A stretch of 64,000 bases of DNA. It comes from Azolla caroliniana (taxonomy: Eukaryota > Plantae > Polypodiophyta). Of the stretch, positions 55,494-64,000 are shown piece by piece. The stretch lies in the NCBI GenBank assembly GCA_043228905.1, contig JBHGNT010000010.1, positions 4,464,001 through 4,528,000 on the forward strand. The letters are read 5' to 3'. The translations under genes were made by a program, and so were the position numbers. How positions within the stretch are numbered: the stretch's first letter is position 1; each line of letters starts with the position of its first letter. The notes beneath the pieces were generated by a model. That model worked only from the letters and a program-made list of their open reading frames with translations, had not been told where the DNA came from and did not search any database.

Positions 55494-58400
55494 ATGCCGC
55501 CCAAGAAAGGACCAAGCGGAAAGAAGGAAAAGGATGGAAAGAATGACAAAATCAACATTGAACAAGTGTTACTTGACAAGGACTTGGAGATTGAAACATT
55601 GCTTGATAAAGTCTCTAGACTCGAGAAACGATCAGAGACACTCGTGTCTCTCACAGAGCAGCAGCAAGTAGTTACAAAGGATATGGTAGACAAGCTCCAA
55701 GATATTATTTCTTTTCTCACAAGGTATAGCATATTGTATTCATTAGACAATGAACCATGAACAGTGCATTATTATATCCAGTGACCTTAACATCATGCTA
55801 TTTCTTTCCTCCTCATAAGTAGTAGATTTACCTGCTGAACTGGTGTTTATTATTGTATATTTTCTTCTTGTTGATATTTTGGTCATTGCTTTTTTTTTTC
55901 TTGTATTGTTTCTCTCAACTTCACCTACAAAATTTTTGGACTTTTTATGAGAGATTGACCATGTTTGTGCCATTGTATGTTTTTGTATTTTTCATCAGAG
56001 GCCTCTTCTGCTAATCAATCTCTCTTTATCTCCATTTGTAACCTTTGAATGAAATGCTATTCTTAAGTCATATCGTATACTTGGTAATGTATCTGTGATG
56101 GTCCTTTATCAGTGACGTAAAAAAAAAGGAAGTGAAGATTCAAGAATTGGAGCTTACATTGAAAAGCTTGAGAGAAGAAAGCACAAAGACCATTGATGGT
56201 CTTGCAAGGGATTTTAATGAGCTCAAAAGCACTCATAAATTTGTCACTGATGACCTTCGACTTCAATTGGCTAATGCACAAGTGCAGTTGCGTGATATTG
56301 ACGATTTTAGAGCCAAGAAGACTGCCATAGAGCAAGAGATTGCAGGGTAAGATGTATTCCTTCAAAACGCTTGGAGCTATGGTGGGTTTTTGCTGATCTT
56401 TCTCCTCCGCAATTAGACTGAAAGAGACAATAGAAAAACAGAAAAAGGATCATCAAGATGCCATGAGTGATATTGAAAGGGCAGCTTTACAAGCAAAGGA
56501 AAGGCTTAAGAAGGAAATGGCAATGCGAATAGAGGAAACTAAAACACAAATGCTTAAGCAGATGGACGACCAACTCCATGCTGTATATTATCATCTTTAT
56601 AAGTGACTACTGAGTAGATGCCATTCTATCTGTCATTAAGTTTTTGGGAAAAAATTGACTGTCAGCATTCTTATTAATAATTATACTCGGCAGAAAACAA
56701 AGAGAACCATGGTTGAGAACGAGAAGCTAGGCAAAGAACTTGGTTACCACATCAGACAAACAGAGCTGATTTATCAAAAGCATGAGAAACTTGTGCAGGA
56801 AAACATTGAATTGCACCGACAAGTGTTGCTAGCAAAGGAGGTACCTTAGAAGTTGTCGCTATGTGATTGAGACTTGAGAAAATTTAAACTTTAGATGGTT
56901 CTCTATTTTTATTCAACAGCAATAGGAGTTATTAAGCTAGCCTATGCTTATTCTCAAGGATTTCTAATAGTTGATGCATGATTTTGAAACAATGTCAACC
57001 TTGCATGCATCTACTATGTTCTTTGCTATGATACAGTGGGCATGAAGTAGATGAAGGAGGGTTTTTGATTTTTTACTGCTGCTACTTTAAGATTTTAAAT
57101 GCATGTGTTGATTTGAACCTACTAATACATGATAAGGTTGTTTGCAGGTGCATGACGATTTGGTACATAGAAATCGGATGAACCAGAAAACTATAAGAAT
57201 TCTCCTTTACAAGTTACGTGGTACGTACAACAATTAGTTAATTAGCTTTGCACTTGTAATGTTCTATGGCATTCTTTTGAGTGAGAGGTGTTATATTTAT
57301 TTCTAATGATGGAAGGCAATTGCACATGGGAACCAAAGGGGGGAGGAAGTTGAACTTCCAACTAGGGCTTACAAGGCAAGGGCCTGAACCTGTATAACAA
57401 CCCTCCTACCTAGGTGTTGCCATTGCGTACATGGGACTTGCAAATGGGCTAGATCATCTCCATTTTGATCTAGAACACCTGAAAAGGATCTCAATTGTCT
57501 TTTCGTTTTGATTGCAGAAACATTTGTGTATATGTGTATGATAGGCATTGAATGCTCTTAAGATATTTCTTATGTTCTCTGTAGCTCACATGACAGCTGA
57601 TTTAATCTCATATATATAATTTCTACCTATCTATCCATATATATAATATAGATAGATGGATTTGTGGGGTTCATGTACATTGCGCTTACCATCGCTTTAT
57701 ATTTATGTGAACATATGAACTTGACCTATTAATGACCATCTATGAAATGCGTAGGATGCCAATATAGTCCATACTATCCACTAGCGGGTTGACAAAATAT
57801 TCTTATCGAGATGTATATGTTTGGTAATGTAAAAGTGTGTTTGTGTTTATGCTTCTCTCACACACATTCACATGCGCTTAATTCGTAGGTCAAACTGATA
57901 TAGGTCTTAGATAGATAGATGAATTTGTGTGTAATTGCACGAGTAGGATGTAGCAACCGATTTTTTTTAGTACTATACATGTATATATAATATGTATTGT
58001 TGTCCTTACTACACACAATCACCAATGGCTTTCTTAATTTTCCAAATTTAGGAACCATGTTTTCTAGCAAGACATTTTCCTGCAAATTTCAGGGCCACAT
58101 ACAGAAGAATGTCTGTTTGTCTGTTTCCTTAATAAATTGTGTCTTTTGTGAAATAGTAAGAAACATATAATCTTAATAGGAAATGGAGATTATATTTGTG
58201 TCCTTTCAATCATAGTATGAACCATACGCACCAACGTGCATTCGCATTCGTGAACCAGGTAAATGCTTCTGCATGAATGGTCCATGCTCAAATTTTACTC
58301 CAACTAGGAACAAAGTTAAGGAACTTTACTAATGCGATTAAAAATGAGGACATTAACATTCTAACAATTTGGGGAATTTTTTAAATTGTAAAATTTGAAA

Positions 58401-59537
58401 GAGAGGTACAAAGCAAAAGCTAACAAGAGTGAAAAGGAGCAAAAACAGCCACATAATTGTGTTGCTAATGTGGTATACACGGAATTTATTGTTATTTTAT
58501 AATTTCATAGAATGAATATGCATTTATGTTGCGTGCTTCCCAAATAAATAGGAAATAAATCAAGATCGCAGTCCTGAAACAAGTTTTCCAACAACCAGCA
58601 CAGAGGAGGTGATGAAGTTCCTTTATGCTTGTTTGGAAGAGGTTAAAGCTGAAAATATTTCGGGGTAAAAGTCTTCAAGAGATTCTCTTACTATTTATTC
58701 TGCCCATACTTTCATGGTGGTAGAACTGAGTCTTTTTAACTGATGAAGCTCTCATTTACATAACTATAACTTGCAGATTTGAGAAAGGCTCCACTTCTGA
58801 GAATATACGAGGTTTTCCAAGCTCATTCAATAGCGATGAGGAGCGGCAGAATTTCCTAGTGTTAGTAGACAAATATTTTCATGGTTGCACATCATAAGAA
58901 CTAAAATTTGAAGGGTCAGGAACTCAATTCCTGCCCCACCCTTGATTGATGCAAGTGGCAATTGATTCCCATTAAAAGAGAAAAATCAAAAATCAAAATC
59001 ACACTCATATATCTGGCATAGATTTTCAGGAACCTTCTCCAAGCAGCTATTTCTCATCGAGCTCTTCCTGTTGTGGATGAAGTTCCGGGTCAATCAAATG
59101 AACTTTGCCCTACAGCCAGCGATGTTTTATCATCCAAACAAGGTTTTGTTGCTGAGATTATGTCTCCTAGATCTTAGTTATTCTTTGATGGTTGGCTTCA
59201 ACCTCATGTAATTTTGGTTCTACAGCTGTCTCATTCGATGATATCCTAAAGCTACCCGTACTAGACTTGCATGCAAATAACATTTTGGTTGACAATATTC
59301 AGAGTGATGTAGTATCCATTTCAAGCAGTGCTCAAACAGAGGGCATGGTATTGCTATTTTCATTTGATATTGATGATTCATTTTGAGTTGTGTTTATTTA
59401 TTTATTGCATTGCACCCTGCATAATTGAGAAACATGGTTTTCTCTGTGGTTGAAAGGATCTGGAGGAAAGGCTAGTATCGCAGATAAGAGAACGCTTGCA
59501 TGCATGCTCTGCAGTTGATGGTGGAACTTTTTATTGA
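55494..59537 (+). CDS. CFAP157: Cilia- and flagella-associated coiled-coil protein 157-like
   Basis: Exons 55494-55723, 56113-56346, 56417-56582, 56694-56840, 57148-57220, 58402-58472, 58552-58664, 58777-58860, 59030-59142, 59226-59347, 59457-59537 (TGA) join in frame. MPPKKG start, DIISFL, KERLKKEMAMRIEETK, TKRTMVENEKLGKELGYHIRQTE and RNRMNQKTIRILL match the recalled CFAP157 pattern. The 3' exons are less certain. A 5'-UTR intron donor lies near 54928. Confidence 0.72.
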
Positions 59538-60933
59538 GATTGTATGCAACGCCGCCATGCAAATTCGGTGATGTTGCCGTATTATGTTTGTTTGTGTACA
59601 GCCAGACCAATGGAAAGTTGCTCAACCTTGACTCATTATACTCAATAGGTGAGTTTCTATGAAGGTGCAATGGGTATAAATTGAGGATCCTTCAATTGGT
59701 TACTTTGATTTAATTTCAAATTTAATCAAAATTAAGGGCCAATCAAACCTCCATATTCTACTTTAATGGATACAATTTCCATGAAATTCAAGCTTTCAAT
59801 AATGTGAGTGATAAAGCTCTTTGAATGAAATGTTTTGTATCTAGGGACAATTTTCATGAAGTTGAAGCTTTTCATGACATGAGTGATAAAAGTTTTTTGA
59901 ACAAAATATTCACTTCATTAGAATTTAGCCCCACAAGTTTTGCACAAGTTTTGTATTGATATCAGTTTTCAAAGCATAGTTCCTTGTGGAAATGTGCAAG
60001 GTTTTGTACTTTGTTGACTGGTTTCTGTTACATAAGATATTAAGGCACTAGTTTGTGCCCTATGTTTATTTGTGGAAGCCATTTCTGATAAAGATGTATG
60101 ATGTAAGATCAGTTGCTCAGCTAAAATTGTCAGGTAGCCAGCCAACCAACCTTACATGTATGTATCCTTTCAATGTAATGGTGGGATATTGAATGTGGTA
60201 GGATGCAAAACACACATAAGTTACATTCATGAACTTCCATCCCACCTCGGAATCTCCTCGAGTAGTATCTTGTGCAGTTTTTGCACAACACCTCATTTAG
60301 CTTAAATAATCCACCAATGGAGTGATTACAAAATGTGTTTGCCAAAAAAATAAACTGTGCTCTTCACTTGTTCATGTATTAGTTTGCCCATCTCGAAGGA
60401 TCGTATACTTGTCCACACGTTCAAGCTAGTTGTCCGATTCTTGTGAAAAATGAGTATTTTTGTAGTAACATTAACAGGCAACTCCATGAAGGTTGCATTC
60501 TATTCTATATGAAGGTTTGATTCTGCTCTATGCATTCTCATTTGGTTCTGATAATGGCTATTATTGCTAGGTGCATAATTAAAGCTTGGAGTATGAGGTA
60601 TTGCAGTAGGGGATCCACTTGACAAAATTGTGAAACATGATTCTATTATATATACATGACAAAATTGTCATATTGGCATATGATGATGATGATAATGATG
60701 AATTGGTAGTCTGTACAACTTCCTAAAGCTACAACCCAAGATTTATGTAATATGAGACAACAATGAAAACTGTATCCCAACAAATTCAACAAACAAAATT
60801 ATGTTGCATTGGTACTTGGCTTTCCTCCTAAACTATGGCCATATTGGTTTTCCCCTAAAACTTTTAAAAAATGAGGGTTTGTTGGGGTTGGTTAGTCATG
60901 GAAAAATGGGTAGAAAATATACGTTATTAAATA

Positions 60934-61246
60934 GGGAAAAGTACCAGGATACCCTTGGAAGTTCGTCTATTTACTAGAATGCCCTTGGAAGTTCCAAATT
61001 TATCAAATTACCCCTATGTCCAAAAATATACACTTTATAAAGTAATTATAGACTCAAATCTACAAGCCCTATTTACCAAAGATGGAAGAAATGGACCCGA
61101 ACTAGCTCTATTTACCAAAGATTTGAGTGTATAATTACTTCATAAAGTGTAATGTTTTGGACATAGGGGTAGTTTGGTAAATTTGGAACTTTCAAGGGCA
61201 TTCTGGTAAATAGACGAACTTCCAGGGGTACCTTGGTACTTTTCCC
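60934..61246. mobile_element. Mutator-type MITE (foldback) with about 130-bp TIRs
   Basis: GGGAAAAGTACCA... / ...TGGTACTTTTCCC long inverted repeats; perfect 9-bp TSD TATTAAATA at 60925-60933 and 61247-61255. Confidence 0.92.
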
Positions 61247-62049
61247 TATTAAATATCTGGTTGTTAAAGCGGCATTGCATTCCGGTTTAATTAAATACAA
61301 AAACATTTAATTGAATATCAACAAACCCTTGGATTTAGTAAAGGTTGAAATTTTAGGTACAAAAATGAACTTACGGAAGAACATAAAGTTGGAAAGGTGT
61401 CATATGACTGAAAGGAAGGTGGGATAGAGAAACAATATTCAAGCATTAAAAGAATGAAGTTGAGACATTCTAAACTAATAAATTCTGGGTAGAAAACATA
61501 CATAAATAAATGAATAACATGAAAAATGTTATAAAAAACCACGAGATGTTCTCAAGAAGAAAGGATCGACATTATATAGAGTGGGTCAAATGAAGCGACA
61601 AAGGTCTGATGAATAGTATTTGCCAGATTCCCTTTTGCATGTACGAAAGTCTAAAAAGCTATTGCAAACTTATGTTGGTACAGTGCAATAAGAAGGCTTG
61701 AGACTTTTAGTTTTCGGTGGACAATTCGGGTGCATAATAATGGGCTATGTTGATACACACATATACATACATAGACGACCAGCACAAAACCACAATATAC
61801 ATATTGTGTGTATATATGTACAATATATATCGACAACCAATGAATCAATGAAAACAAATATTTGCTACAATGATAATTATATTAGTAAGAATGTTTTATA
61901 GAAGGATCACAACAAAATTTGCTAGGAGTCAGAAAAACAATTGACAAAGAGATCAAAAAATGTTTTGTGGAACATTGATGGAAGAGGTAGGGAGGGATGA
62001 TGCTTTTTCCACACTCGGAAAACTTTGCCGATTAAATAAAAGCCCGAAT

Positions 62050-62118
62050 CATCATCGACATGTGCAATGAATCAATCATCGACATGTGCAATGAATCAAT
62101 CATCAACATGTGCAATGA
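62050..62118. repeat. Three copies of a 24-bp unit in the 3' region of the small TM gene
   Basis: ATCATCGACATGTGCAATGAATCA x3. Confidence 0.85.
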
Positions 62119-62137
62119 AGCACCAAGCACAAGAATG

Positions 62138-62380
62138 CTAGGGTGAAATCTTCCTCATGGAGAAGGTAGGGATGCTGCTGAAAGGTGGAGGAGCTCCAAA
62201 ACTTGCGGGTGGAGGCGCAAAGCCAGTTCTGGCGGCATCACATTTTCCCGCGAGCGAATGCCCGGCTATACACGTGTGGACAGCATGGTGGATCCATCCT
62301 TTCCCCAAGACTATCACCAATATCACCACTAGCAACACAAGGCAACACCCAAATTTGCACAAACTGCTGGGTAAACACAT
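62138..62380 (-). CDS. Small (80 aa) Cys-rich N-terminal single-transmembrane protein with an APPPF tail
   Basis: MCLPSSLCKFGCCLVLLVVILVIVLGKGW...GAPPPF resembles a recalled conserved small land-plant TM family (MCCG..CxCLILVVI..FGFG...APPPF). It is supported by a TATA at 63152-63158 and a GT-AG 5'-UTR intron at 62929-62545. Confidence 0.62.
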   Translation of the reverse strand: MCLPSSLCKFGCCLVLLVVILVIVLGKGWIHHAVHTCIAGHSLAGKCDAARTGFAPPPASFGAPPPFSSIPTFSMRKISP

Positions 62381-62627
62381 CTTCCTTCCTTCCTTCCTTT
62401 TTTGATCCCCTCTTTCTCTTTATATGTTGTTAGTTGGATTTTCCTGATGGAATAGTGAACCAAATTCATCAGCACACCATTTCCTTCTTCTTAAAGGTGA
62501 AGAAACATGTGTGGTATGCAGGGACAGACAAGAGTGTCCACATGCTGAAGCAAGCAACATACACATTCATGGTACAGCATTACACATATGCAATCACATA
62601 CCATAAGAAGAAACACATAAACACATA

Positions 62628-62805
<178 letters not shown>

Positions 62806-63151
62806 TGCATATAGACACACACATTACATGATATGCATATACACGTATACATATGCAAACACACGCATACACAAGTGCATGGTTAAATATACTGAACAAG
62901 GACTTGAGAAGAACGTTGGGTTTCCATACCTTGCTGGAGGAGGGGTTTTGCAAGAACTATTGTCTGAATCCAAAGCAGATGACGACTATTCTCCCACAGT
63001 ACCTATCCATGCATCATCCAAAAGCTTAGAAGACAAAGACAGAAGAGCAAGAAAAAAGCGTGACAAGACGGTTTTTGTTATTCGTTTGTTTCTTTAGACC
63101 AGTGAGCAGAGAGAGAGAGAGAGAGAGAGAAAGAAACAGAGGAAGGATTTG

Positions 63152-63158
63152 ATTTATA
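63152..63158 (-). promoter_or_regulatory. TATA box of the small TM gene
   Basis: Minus-strand TATAAAT followed by a CT-rich 5' leader. Confidence 0.55.
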
Positions 63159-64000
63159 GGCAAATACCCAAGTGCAGGGAAAACGCAAAACGCAAAACGC
63201 AAAAACCAAAAGAAGAAGAAGATGTACATATTTTCTTCTTCTTTTTTTCAACGGATTTTTTTGGGGGCTGTTGTTACTGAGAAACAAAACGGTATTTAAA
63301 TACATAATGATACAATTTCCTATTTGCTTAATAATAATATTTTTATTGATTGATTGATTGATTATTATTATTATTATTCCAAAAATTTATTATTATTATT
63401 AAGAAGAAGAAGGAGGAGGAGGATAGTAGTATGTAGTAGTAGTAATAATAATAATAATACATCGGAAAGGAAGGCAGGCGGCGGAATGGGCTTCGGAAGT
63501 AGTGTCTGGACTCTGAAGGTCTCCAAATGAACTCTTCTTCAGTTGCCCCCCCCCCCCCCTCTCAAAATCCTGAGAATTCCTCCACTACATTATTTGGATT
63601 TATGTTCACGTGTAGTTAAAACACTAACATACATTATTATTAGTTGTGATGTGTTGTTATCGAGTCATCGAAAACTTGTGCTTATTGGGCTCGGACAAGA
63701 AGGGTGGGTTGGGAATCATGGTGCTTACAGTACACCATTTCAAACTTGTAGTTTGGGCATGCATAACACTATGCTTTGGGCTCGCACCATGTACATGTAC
63801 GTGGATTGGGTGGAAAAGGAATGCTTGTTTATAATTGCCTAACCCTAAATCATTGCTTGATATTTGTTTCCCCCCCATTATGGAAAGGAAATGCTCGTTT
63901 ATGGTAGTTACTTTAGCAATTAAAAGGGTAGAAATTTTAACATTTCCTGTTAAAAAACGGAACAATTGGTCAAATTTACTTTTGACTTAAGACTTTTTTA

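Noticed and set aside
63476-63587. PIF/Harbinger-like MITE remnant (AGGCGGCGGAAT...ATTCCTCCACT)
   Set aside because: The TIR match is weak and no TSD was found.

Overview
Eukaryotic, AT-rich, intron-containing land-plant DNA. A flagellar gene (CFAP157) and a PLS-type PPR gene point to a plant with flagellated sperm, most likely a fern (inference). Host genes, from manual spliced translation: the 3' part of a threonyl-tRNA synthetase (with a likely GC-AG intron), a cytosolic-type aspartate aminotransferase, a RING-H2 E3 ligase pseudogene, an intronless PPR gene, a DedA/VTT-type membrane protein, CFAP157 and a small single-TM protein with uORFs. Between them are many nested transposon remains: LINEs, a decayed hAT transposase split by an LTR element, a gag-only Ty3/gypsy deletion derivative, a full-length Tork/Tnt1-like Copia with a nested solo LTR, other solo LTRs, hAT and Mutator MITEs, and several tandem arrays. 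There is no CRISPR, rRNA or tRNA gene. The most unusual signal is an LTR element whose downstream LTR is preceded by a tRNA-3'-end-like hairpin sequence instead of a polypurine tract. Two structured GC-rich minisatellites just upstream of genes and an angiosperm-like Copia are also worth checking. All family assignments come from recalled motifs; no database search was run.
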